DNA of 64,000 nt from Bugula neritina (taxonomy: Eukaryota > Animalia > Bryozoa): assembly GCA_964035545.1 (NCBI GenBank), contig OZ037766.1:11584722-11648721 (forward strand). Direction: 5' to 3'. A model generated the notes under the pieces. It had not been told where the DNA came from and ran no database searches. It saw nothing but the letters and a program-made list of their open reading frames with translations. This document shows, one piece after another, positions 21,817-46,900 of this stretch; within the stretch, counting starts at the first letter, position 1; the number at the start of each line of letters is the position of its first letter. A program made the position numbers and the translations under genes.

Positions 21817-23913
21817 ATGGCTTCTTCTGACAACAATGCAAACACACCTCTTAGTAAGATTTCCCTCGATGATGTCATAGTCCAAGAGCCTAAAAAAGTT
21901 CGAGGGACTGTTGGGGAGCGCCTGTGGGGCCCTTATAGAACACATTCAGGGACCACTGTGTCTGACAGATACTCTGGGGGTCCTTGGGGCTTGGGTAAGT
22001 AGTGAAACAATTTTTTTATTATTTTGCGGTTATTAGTTTCATTATTTACCAATTAAGTAGCTTGTAAGGAATTAAATGATTTTTGTTATAATACACAAGT
22101 ATTGTTTAACTCATCATAAAGAGGTGTCTTTAAAATGTACATATTATAAACGCTCTGTCTGAATTAAAATGGGAAAGTAATTATTTTTTTTTGTAATGTT
22201 CAGTTTTATTTACGCCTTACGTCTGAAATATGATTATTTTAAGGTGAAAATTTACTGCTAATATGATCCAGGATGCATTATAATAAACATCCCAAATTAA
22301 AATAAATAATTCTGTAAGCAGTAATTCTTAAAATATTGCATGATTGTTTGATTTTTTTTAAAATTTGATCCGAAAGTTTGAGACCTACTTTGCAAAGTGC
22401 ACAAAGATTGCTTGAAAATGACACAATATCTAAGGAGGGGTTTGGTGTCTCTTTTATGCAAACGGATAAAGTAAGTGTATATTATGACTTCATTTCAGGT
22501 GACCCTGAGGACACCCACCTACGTATAGTAGAGAAAGACATCCTTATACCTAATATGATTAAGAAAAAAGCCAACACTACTTGGTGTGAGGAAGCTAATA
22601 AAGGTGCAGTATCAATACGTCAGGCGGTCAGAAAAAGTTGTTTGTAACTCTTGTTACAGTTTTCTGTGTTTTACCACAAAAGTTGTAAAACCGCTCAGTA
22701 CTTGACCTTAAATAAGCTGCAATGACAAATACCTTAACACTTTTGGTAGAGTGTTTAGGATAGGTAGGGGTAGGTTTATCATAATAGTTGAGTTTACTAA
22801 TCTTCAGGGAGAAAAGGTAACTAAATCAAATCACCAAGTTTGCTAGACAGTTTCAACAGTCAACATGTGCCTACTATTGCACTATTTTGTGATAGAATGT
22901 CAAATGAAAGACTTTAGTCTGGTGCTCTATATGTTGAATTGGTACTGCAGCAAGGGTAAAACTTAAATTGGTTTTTGGTGCTTTGCAATACTAGTTCTTA
23001 AGCTGAAATCATTGTTTAAATAATAAGTTATGAAGCAAATACGTGTGTAAATCTGATAGAAGTTTACACTTTCAACTAAATTTTTTTGGATACCCATACA
23101 ACTGATAATTTAACATGTTCTGATGGTAATAATTTTTGCTGATCAATTTTGTTCAAAGATTTGATATGTAACATTTTCATCTATTGGTGTCCCTCAAAGA
23201 TCTAGCAAAAGTTCTCACTAATAATTGTCTTTTAGCTATATGTAATGTTTCGAACTAAATCTACAAAAAAAAAACACAATTGCTAAAGTTTTGTGCTATT
23301 ATATTTGTTGTTTAGTACATACATTTTTCCAGGTTTTTTCAATTGTGCTGCACAACACGGAATGTTTAAAATGACTTGGAAATGTCAAGATGCTGCCCGG
23401 CAACTTCGGGATTGCGTAACAAAAGTGTAAGTAACTAGAGTGAAAGTGTAAGTAACTAGAGTGAGAGAGAGTGTAAGTAACTAGAGTGAGAGAAAGTGTA
23501 AGTAACTAGAGTGAGAGAAAGTGTAAGTAACTAGAGTTAGAGAGAGTGTAAGTAACTAGAGTTAGAGAAAGTGTAAGTAACTACGCAATAACAAATATTC
23601 TGACATGACTCTTCGAATATTCTGCTTATGGGAAAAAACTTCTCGTAATGCCGATTTTCCTATTTTGCCTCCAACATGTTTTGAATTTTCATTATGTGTC
23701 CATTTCAAAAATGTATTTATGAGAAGTAAATAAACTCAAATCTGATGCAATTATGTACTAATTTTTGTGGATCGATAATATATTAATCAATGTATTTTTA
23801 TAAATTTCAGTTTAGAAGATCCAGTGAAAGTTCAAGAAGTAACACAGGAATATCTTGACATGCGGGCTGAATATCGTCGAACTGGAAAAAGGAAGTTGTT
23901 GAGGCGCACTTAA
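21817..23913 (+). CDS. CMC1: COX assembly mitochondrial protein CMC1 homolog (twin CX9C), 4 exons, 159 aa
   Basis: Exons 21817-21994, 22499-22603, 23333-23426, 23811-23913. GLGDPEDTHLRIVEKDILIP, C-EEANKGFFN-C, C-QDAARQLRD-C (two exact CX9C) and C-terminal EYLDMRAEYRRTG. Confidence 0.92.
23425..23583 (+). repeat. 25-bp minisatellite (7 copies) containing the CMC1 exon-3 splice donor
   Basis: GTGTAAGTAACTA at 23425, 23446, 23471, 23496, 23521, 23546 and 23571. Confidence 0.95.
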
Positions 23914-25894
23914 TCTCTTTTTTTATATATATGCCATAACTTGATTTGTTTAAACTTTGCAGGTTTATTTTATTATCATTTGAAATTTATAGTTGCATAA
24001 ATATAGCAGCAAACTATATATTCGAAATATAAATAGCTTTTTAAATCTAAGAATGTTTTTATTGTTTTACATCTGCTAAAATGGAGAAATTAATTATATA
24101 CTTAAACTTCTGTTATATTGCCCTCACAATGTTATATTGATATAAAACACTCTGTTACTTATTAAGTAACCATAGCTTCAAGGAGTTTTATTTACCATTT
24201 CAGTTACTGTTATATAATAGACAATTAACAAATGCCAGAACACTCTACAGGAATTTATATGATGCTTTACTGCAGCACATTCACAAAATAATAGACTGAT
24301 TTTATTCCCTCAAAGCAGAGCATTTCTTTTTTTAGTAAGCACTTTCATAATTTATATTTTGTCCCTGTGCTTTATTATAAATGCAGATTTGAAAGCTTTA
24401 CTCTATGATAGCTTGCAATAAAATATACTTTTAATACTTTATTGAAATTAATTATTACTTGATTAATCAATAACAGAATGTCTGGTTATTATGATTATTG
24501 ATAAAAAAGGTGGTAATTTGGTTGGTTACTCTAAAGTCTAAGGTGATGCAACTCATGTCAGGAGAAGATAACTTCACTGTGCACTCAAAGTTGTGAAAAG
24601 AAGTATTCTTGCCTGCTACGATGTAAACATTTTTTGATTAAATTTAATGCAAATGCAATTACAAGAATTTTGCCACATCCTTCTGTAGGGTGATAAAGCT
24701 GATCATTTCCTCTTGAAGACTTAGAAGCTTATGAAATTCCCTCAATATTTTGTCGTCTCAAGTATAATATTGCACCCTATAGCTTTTGTGACTTACTTTT
24801 GTTATAAGATTTTGAAAACTGCACAAGTCACAGTTTGTCAAGAAGTGCTAATATTCCCAGTGCTCCTGTAATGACTAAAAAATTTGCAATTGGATTTCTC
24901 AACTTTCCATATCTATTTTTTCTTTTTAATTCAATATGTTACCATATAATTGAAATTGCTTAATATTTCTTATTGACTAGTCCATAGCAAGTTTCTGCAG
25001 TTTAAGAAGGGTTTTATTTTTCCTCCTCATTTCTGGGTTCTCCCACCAGTACTATGGCCTGTGTAGCTTATTTTGGATATACAGAATTTTGTCAAACAAA
25101 TCTCTTTTATTTTTCAAAAAAAATACCCGTAAACTCTTTTATGTCATATGGTTGTTAAATATATGTTCAGCTAAAATTTTAATTATAAAATGCAAGACTA
25201 GTAGTTTTTTTGATGAAAAATTTTTTTATTAAAATAATCTTCTAATTGCTTTTAGCTCAACCACTCAATGAGTCATTGTTAGAGATGAAATGGTTTCTGT
25301 AGCCTTTTTGCATAGTCTGTATGCACTCTTGGTGTGTCTCTGTATAGTAGTTGGGAGTGGAAGGAAGCATCAGGATTGGCTAATGAGAAAAATTTTGCAC
25401 CACTCTGTGACATATTACAGAATACGATCTCAATTGACTGTTCTATTTTGTACAGCTTTGATTTCAAATAACAAAATTTATGGAGTAATAATAAATATGA
25501 TATGAAGCGTAGGTTGTACACAGAAACTATCATAAGCTAGTATACCTACTAGAATGTTTAAATTGGTTCTACGGCAGCAGACAGAGTAAGATCATCACCA
25601 TCACATCTCTGAGTACATTATGTGGATACTTGCCAATAAATATAATACTGCATAAATTTCGCAATAGTATGGGCGTGTCTTGTTTATAAATATGAATATA
25701 ACTAGATTCTACTCAAAAACTACTATTATGCAATAGTCTACTTCTGCGAATTAAGGCTAATAATTTTATATGAACAAAACTTAATACTTGTAAGTAGTTT
25801 CCTGAGTATCATCCATACATTTTATAAATTACAATGTATTAGCCTATCAATTAGTTCAATACAAGCTGCAGATAATACTGTTCCAGCTCCATGC

Positions 25895-26020
25895 AGGCAG
25901 TTAATTATTCAAAATTAATTATTAGGCATGCATATATCTACTGCCTACTCATTCATATTCCTTTCAAGGCTTACATGCAGCAAATCATTTCTTTTGATGA
26001 TTCTCATAATTTTATAATCA
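25895..26020 (+). repeat. About 125-bp diverged direct duplication (copy 1; copy 2 at 27541-27668)
   Basis: Shared blocks AGGCAGTT.ATTA.TCAAAATTAATTATT, TATATCT.CTGC, TCATTCATA.TCC and GCAGCAAAT...CTTTTGATGATTCTCATA. Confidence 0.75.
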
Positions 26021-26143
26021 TTAGCGGTTGAACTGCTCGTATCAGCAAGTCAGCGTAAACTCAGAGAGCTAGTGGTTGATGAGTGCTGTCTAAACTACAA
26101 CCTCTGAACTTGAAATAGCTAAACTATTACATAGAATACAAAG

Positions 26144-38034
<11,891 letters not shown>

Positions 38035-40902
38035 CTGTATACATATACTCTCCTGTAATGGTCATATTGAATTATTTATACTCTTGTCACTCCAAACTGC
38101 TTCTGCTCCACAATATTGACTTATTATATAGATATGGTATACAACCAGAGTTCTATTTTTGTATTTCTAAGCTGTTCTTAAAAGTTTGCATTAAATTCTA
38201 TAATTATACCTGTACACCTTATAGATTAAGTATTCTTAAAGGCATTGTATGCGCATCTGTTATAGTTGGCTTTGGAGTTCACCCCAATATTTTACAATAT
38301 AATAATTGACACTCCCTAGTTATATAACATATTTATGAAAAGATATATTAACTTTATTTATATTACTGGTTAAATGCAGACAGTTAATATTAGTTAATAT
38401 ACTTTTAATAAATTGATTTTTACAACTCTTGTAAAATGTTTTTTTAAGTGCATAAAGTTTTCGGTAACTTATCTTACAATAAGTTAATGAAAATTGATGA
38501 TGTAACATAGATTTTCTAAGTTGCTTTTTTGCTAAAATGTTGTCACATAAGGACTGTAGAACTTGAAAGTTGATTTAGAATAATATTATACCTGTTTTTG
38601 TGGAAACAGAGATATTTAAAGATTATTATAAACTTCAATATACATTTTATTTACAAAGAAAGGGCATCTAGAAAATTGTATATTCCCATGGATTTATCAT
38701 TCTATACAAGTAACATCTGTAGTTTTCTTTTTTATTTTTCGTGTTGAACCTAAGCATTTGTTTAATGATATAAATGAACTTTCCTAAATATTTAGAATGG
38801 TGCTTGAAAAACTGCAGTAGAAAGCAGTGTGTTTTAGGTAAGTTAATGTGAATAGAAGAAGTAGGAAATTTAGGTAATTTAAAATTTTATTTGATTGAAA
38901 CTGATATTATGTAAAATCATCTGCATGCAAGAGACAGCATAAATTATCCCTTATTAAAACTAATTTTAATTTTTTACAACAACATAAATTATATATCAGT
39001 TATATTGTGGATAATCATAAAATATAATTTTAACATCACAAGAAAAATTAGTGGAATGGAGGCACTAACAAAATGTAAAAACAACGAACTGAAAAATGGT
39101 GATAGTCTTTATCATACAATTATACCAGGAGAGTGGTCAGTGTGGAAGAAACAGAAAAAGACCATGACTGTATTATAATAGGTGCAGCAAAAATGTTTTC
39201 AAAGTCTAAAGATATATTAAATGGATTTCAGATGACTGTGTAATTATTGCATAAATAATACTCAATGTGCGCACACTTTACTACACTTTACGTATATCTT
39301 AGATATTAATACATTACCATGAAGTATATATAGATATCACGCTTCATTACCTTAAATATATATTTATACCCATAAATCAAATGTGTCTAGCATTTACTCT
39401 TATAGTGTACCATATACTTGACGCACAGTATTGCGACAATGAAAATAAAAACTTTACTAGATATATTAACATTTTCAGAGAAAATCTAATGCAGGTTTAC
39501 AATAACGTAACAAATTTAATTCGTAGCATTTTTGAGATCAATTTTATACATAGTATATAGTATGCCCAAAAATTAAAAAAAAAATTTTACAATCTAATTT
39601 ATTTTATAATTTCACCAGTTTAAGTTAAACAAACAGTTAAATTGTAGAATTGCACCTTTTAATTAATCTTACAAATGGAATAAAGTATCGAAAAAACTAT
39701 TTTATAAATGATGGAGTTTAATAATGAAAACACAGCACCTGTTTAAAGGCAATTAGTAACTTGATGCAAAATAGTGATAAGGCAGCTAAATTTTATAAAA
39801 GAGAGCTGCTATATACATATACATACAAAACTGCTTGACAAATTACAAAAATTGCATTCAAATAATTAATAACAATATACTAATTATGACATGTGTGCCA
39901 AAAAGGGCTGGAAATTAAATTATTGTTGGGACAAGAGCAGACTAAGGAAGGTGAACACTTATTTGGTCAAAACTGGTAGCTGAGTTACAAGATAAATAGA
40001 GGAATATATTATAATCTGTAATAAATATGACAGAGCGATTAAATAATTAATATAATATAGTAATAATGCAATTCTATTATTTACAAAGTTGGTAGAAATT
40101 ACTGCTAGTAACAGCATTTATGGAAATAAGATTTTGCTACAGAATTTTTTGTTACGATGAAGCTTTAAACCTAGTAAATGTAAAATCAAGGGTTTTCCAT
40201 GAGAGAAAGTGTTGCATATTTAGCATAGCATTTTGCAGATGGAAATAGAAGGGTATCTAATAAAACCAATAGTGATAATAATTACAGTTAGCTACTGTAA
40301 CATGCCATGCTTGTGTATATAACTTATACAACTAGTTCTCACTAATTTCATTGAGTAGCTTATATGCAATTGGCAATTCTTAAACTTTAGTTTCAAAGAT
40401 AGAAGACAACTCTATATTGATAATTGCCCCAACACTTTACAGACAATATACATTATGCACCTGACTAATAATACTTTGCTGAACTGTAGCTAAAAAGGCT
40501 CCTACTGAGAATAAAATTATAGAACTGAATGTGAATCTGGAATCTTGAATGATAATTTAGAGCTGTTTTAGATGCGCAAGTCTGAGTATATCTGCCACAA
40601 GCTTAGCTGTGAGAGAGTGGCTACAGCAGTAACAACTGCTAGTGCTAGAAATGCCATTCAAACATACTTGCTGTACACAATATTCTGGTATCCAGCAATA
40701 GGTGATTAATTAAATAAAAAAGACAATCTGAGTTATACTTGTACTGTATGCTATAAATTTGTAGATGAGTCAATTTTACATGACAGAGACACATGTGACT
40801 GTGGGGTGGGGGGTGTCCTTGTTCCTCATAGCTCCTCCTCCTGCGACCAATCAAATCTTCCAATGACTGGAATTATGGTGGATCTTCAAATCAATGAGTC
40901 AT

Positions 40903-43900
40903 CTAATTTTGACCAAGTGAAATCAAAGTTCCTTTTGAGATATTGTTGGGAATTGTAGCTAACTCGTTGGTATAAGCTGTAAAATAAACAACAATTTCAT
41001 AAAAAATACTTGGCTATACAATTGAGAACTTGACAAGCATCAACAGTTAGTATGATATGTATAAACAAGTGTGTTATTTACCAGGACTTGTAGCTGGAGA
41101 TGTCTTCTTTGGAGAAATAATGTAGGAGCTCTGTGCATACACCTGAGGCAAGGATATATCCAGTAAATCATTTGGTAAATCGTCCCACATTTCACTCTAA
41201 AACAGATGGTTTACTCAAGTATTCAAATCACCCAACATGATTTTTTTCCTTAAAGTATTTGTTTAAAACTAGTGTAATATAGCCTATAACAAGTATGAAA
41301 TTACATATGAAAACTGGATTATTGGCCAACCTGACAATTAAATATCACACATAATTCTATAATTTATGTTTGCAATGTTTGACTAAATAGAACTGCCAAT
41401 AATAAAGGATTAAAATCGTAGGAGATGTGAAAAGCTATTTTAGACAAGCAATGTAACTGCAATATTGGCAAGTAGAGAAAGATGTAAGGCAGTAGTGTAA
41501 GATGTAAGTTAGTAAGTGCAAGATGTGTAAGTTAGTAAGTGTAAGGTAGCACTATTCTCACAGATGCTTCTGTTACATGATATTACAAAATAAATAGGCC
41601 GTGCACAGCTAATGCTATACTAGATGTAGTAGCCCATTGTATAGCTTTAGATACATACTATCGGCTACCACCAAATTTAGATTGAAATGGCAAATTACAA
41701 GAGATATGTGTGAGATTAGGTGATGGGCCATGGGACTTTCTACTCAGTGAAATAAATTTAAAGACATTCCTTGAAATATCAAAGAAAGCACGGAACTTGC
41801 ATCTCAATTGAGATCTAACTATTGTTACCGACCTAAAAATTCAGTTGTACATTTTAGGCCTATCATATATATAACCTAATCCATTGAGACTGTGGGCCTT
41901 TTGTTTACCATTATCTTAACTTTCATTGTCTCTGAGATAGCTATTGTGTTGAGTAGTTTATTAGTATATATGCATAGTTGAGTATAGCTGCATATTTTGA
42001 GCCTGCAGGGAGATTAGATGGGGACATGGCGTATTAGGGTCCGCAGTATCGTATAAGATAAAAACTTAGTCTATGTTTTTTAGTGCACTAGTATTGTGTA
42101 TAAAAAGTAAATAATCTATTACAATCTGCTGCGTGCCTGCTGTGGGAATATTCAGGTGAAGATTGTAGGGGCTGTACTTTATGAACCTTTAAATTACTAT
42201 TATTGCTGTTTGAATAAATCTGGCCTATCAAAAATAATTGCTCTTAGTTTTTCAAAGTATCTTTCTTCCAGACCAGGTGGTGATGGAAATCACGTATTGC
42301 ACAAAACAATAAACACAAATAAAAACTCAAAGCAAAATCTTTGGCAGTTGCTTTCCTGTGGCTTAACACCTCTAAAGTGGTAAAAGTGTGACAAACACAT
42401 GAAAGAAGTTGATAGTTGGTAGGGAAATGTATCAGACTACGTTATATCACCTCACACCAGGAGGTTGGCAGCTGCTGCCTTATTTGTTTACTGTTGTTTA
42501 CCTCATTTGTGATTATTTGAGAGGTAATCAATACACTTGAGCACTTGACTGATATTACAAAATATTACGTAGAGATGTGGGTAGGGGCTGACTCAGATGT
42601 AAGAATAAATCACTGATCAATAAGTTGCTGACATAACCTTAGCTCTTGAATGTAAATAGCAATTGGATTTTCTATTGGAGGCCAAAGTACTGCGGCCTTT
42701 TCTACTCGACAGAAGAGTGAAGGAGATGTTTTAGGGGTACTAACCATACAAATTTCAATTAAATACCGACTCCCTTATTTACTGCTTATAATTTTAGTGA
42801 CAGAAACCAGACTTGTGAAAACTTGGGTACTCAAATCATAAAGTTTGTTGTTGTTGAACAATGTGGCAATAGAGTATACCAGGGCCTGGGCCAGCCCCAG
42901 TGTGGTGTGACACACACGCAAGCTCACAGCCATGGGAGTCCACAAGTTTTGCACAACAATAATAGGAAATTTTAGCAAGTGTATGTATTTTTGTAAGGAT
43001 CAGTGTAAAAAGCCACTTTAGAACTAATCGATAGATTTACTCATGTATGTATTTGACAATAGATACTGGCTGGTTATAGTAAGCCCTGCTATTCACTTCA
43101 TAATACCTGCTGTAAGAGATCAATAATGAAATCGCATATCTTCTTTATTGCAAAAATAATAAACAAGGCTAGCAGCAGTGACACAAAGGTGTGAGCAATA
43201 ACCCTAAGTAGACTGAATAAACATCTAGTCGTAATAAACAGCTATTTCCACGTCATTGTTATACTACGGCCTTTCATATGACATAAGGCCAGGACTGTCT
43301 GGACCATTTAAATTGATTCCATTTGAAAAACTCACTCAAGTCACGAATGAAGCATTTATAAAAATTACTCTACCATATTATATATTATTCTATATTATAT
43401 ATTACTCTACCATACTGTATATTAATATATATTATATATTACTCTACCATATATTATATATTACTCTACCATATTGTATAAAACAACATTTTGACATCTG
43501 CAGAGGGCTCACTGAACTTTATTTCTAAGATTATCATTTTACTTCAACAACAAAATTAGTTTCTTTAAGCAGTAATGTCCCAGCAGCGCAATGTTTATTA
43601 TATTATGTTAGTCGTGTAATTAGTTGGAGATGCTGGCTGTCTACAATATAGTAGATTTATAGAAATGAACAACTGTTCTGCTTGTATGGAGAAGACCATG
43701 GCTATAGTGACTAGTTCAACATGCTGCCAGGCATTCAAATCAACTTTTAAAAAATCTTGCTTGTTTCAACTATCCGTTCAGTAGCTTAATGAACATGAAA
43801 TAATATCAGTTCAATAGAAAAATTAAATATATAAAGACAATCATTTAGAGCAGATGAATAAAAACTATTCTGACTCTAAAATTGCTTTTGTTTTCAATAA

Positions 43901-46900
43901 TGCCGTCGTAGCCTGGCCTCCCGTTTATATTGGTTTAAGAAATGGCCAGTAGTATTATAGAACCAAGGCTTACTATGCTTCATAATATCCAAATTCTAAC
44001 TCATTTGTTAAAGTTTTGATAGGCCCAATTCAAAAGAAAAGAATTTATTGCTCTTGAATAATAGGAAGTAAAAAACAGCAACCTGATAATTAATATTTAT
44101 GGGGTCAATAAATGGTAATATTTGCATAATTACAGCTTTTTCTAAATTAGGCAAAATGTTTTATACAGTAAATATAAATTTCATAAAGTTTCATAAACCA
44201 GTAAACGGCCAATAGGATAACTTAGTCTGTATGATAAGCATAAAAAGTATATTATAATTCTGCTAGATAATGTTTTGATTATGCCATCCATAAAAATGAA
44301 GATTAATGGAACACGTTCAGCGTAATATAGATCTCATTACAAGGTCTCTGATGTCAGAGTATGTACGAACAGTTGCAACAACTCGATTGATAGACATGAA
44401 TGTTCATTAGTCAAGGCTAGTTTAAATATATCCGTGAGTCACTACTAAAAATAACCACAGAATTATAGTACGCAATCTTATGACATCACAGCTGGTCACG
44501 GTTCAACTGCTACACAACACGTGGCTGGTTTCTATGAAGTTAAGATTAAGTCTAGGGTTGCGCAGATGAAAGGAAATACATTATTTATTTCTAGGTTGGT
44601 TACTAAATGACTTAAGACTTTTCAATTAATTTCAAGGCTTTCAATATCGTATGTTAAAAACCTTGTTCTTTAGATTTAAACTCAAATAAAAGTAGGCAAG
44701 TAAACATGTTTTTATATGTAATTACATGTGACAAGCCATGATGTCACCAGCCTATTGCACTCAGATTTCACAGCTATTTCAAAAAAAGGAACTATTGTTC
44801 AACTGCCAGCTAGCCAGCATTTCAGACTGTAGCTCAGATCCTGGGAGCATGCAAACATTTCCAAGAAAAACATCTCACATGACAAAAGTAGATGTTTTTT
44901 TGTTAAAATATACACCAAAAGCATTGACAGCTGAAACTTTTGAAAGAAAATTACCATTTTTGCATAAGTTTATGTAATAGTGGGAACACTAAAATTAAAG
45001 CCACAATATAGTTGTTACTATAATATTAAACTAAGAGAAAATAAAAAAGACTGAAACAAATATTATTGGTAATTTAGTACAAGATTATGTATTAAATTAC
45101 CAAATCAAATTTCAAAAATTTTGTTAGTCTTTCAAGACAAAAATAATTAATAGAAGTTGAAACATGTTCAAACAGTAAACAGTTTTAGTAACTTACTAAA
45201 TAAGCTAAGTAGGCAATTTTGAAATATGATTTTGAAATGGGATAAGGCATAGTTTATGGCCACTAATGAATAATTATAGTTAGTATTTTCTAAAGGTTAC
45301 ATAATTCATGATTTATAAAATGGGCTTAAGTATTATTTATTTAGATACCTTGGACTAGTGACACATTGCGTAGTTTATTATATACTGAGGAAAATAACAT
45401 AGTTTCTGACAGCATTGAAGAGATAAAAGAAGGGTGGTAGGTCACACCAACCTGTGCACTAATCTCATGGAGCAACGGATCTAAAGAGACATCATTGTTG
45501 GCATACATGTACCCTTCTGCTGTCGACTGCTGCATTGAGATGTCATACTGACTCTGGGCATGCATGAGTGGTACAGCTTGAGGTCCATTGGTGTAAACCA
45601 TCATAGAGTTGGGATGGTAAATGGGCCTGCAGAATATAAACACACTATAATGAATGTTGTAGCTCTAGTACTAGATATAACAGTATAGTTTCCATTTGGG
45701 CTCACTTTAGCACACCCTACTGATAGAAACAAGATCTAATATAAACACAATGTTGTTTATGACAAGCGTATATTATTTTGTTTCATATCTCAAATAAAAG
45801 TCTTTATTTTAAGGGAAATGTATTGAGATGGAAAGCAAACAATGCAAAATATTTTATATGAAATAATTGCATTTGGAAGTTGGCTATTAAAACATTTATT
45901 ATTACTTCCAGAGCAAAAAATTAGAAGAAATTATTGTAGTAAATAATATGTTTTGGAAACATTTTTTATTTTGTGTAAAATTTTAATTAATTGTAATCTA
46001 GATGATGACTAACAGGCAATAAATAAATAGCTCATAATTATTTCCTGAAATTTTTCCAGAAAGTGTTCTTTGATGTACTGGTGTTAGATTTCACAAAATC
46101 ATAATAATGTACAGATTAAGACTACCTACTGTAGCTTTTATTGAACTAAATTAAAAAAATCTATTCAAATATTACAGTCTTAAGTTGATACATTTGCCCA
46201 ATATTTAGATGTTTTAAAATCTTTTTGTTTTGCAACATATTTATCATTACTCAAGAAGTATTTTACTAAATTACTGAATAAAATTTTGTTTTCTCTACTT
46301 TTAATTTGATATACTTTTTTTTAAAAAGCAATCACTGTGATAATTGCTTTTTACCAGAAGTTCACATCTGAGGATGTGTTTTTACAGTTATAAATTTAGA
46401 AAAAAAATGTTGGTAAGAAAGATTATTTTAATTAGTTAAAAATGATTGAGAACTGTGTCTATCCAGTTAAGAATTACCTACTCTGTTTCTACTAAACAGA
46501 TGTTGGTGGTAACATTATAAGTGACACAATTCTATAACACAACTAAGTATGAGTAAAACTTCAAACCAATCAGTAATCCTAATTGTGTAGCTTACTTAGT
46601 ACTCAGTAAAATCACAATTTCTATAACGCTGGAACAGAATTCATATCTGTAAACCAAATACTAATAAACATTTAAATTCCGTTTTGACATTTGATACAGC
46701 ATTTTGACAACCATTTTGGCTCAAAGCTACCGTGAATAACTTTTGCCTACTGCAAAACTGAAAAAAGATTAAAATAACTGACAACAAAATGCAGGCATAC
46801 AGTAAGCAATTGCACACACCTTGAAGTACATTTAGGTGCAGTGCAACATGTATAGCATGATTGTACAGTATGAGTATTAGTCAGTTTATAGTACAGAATG

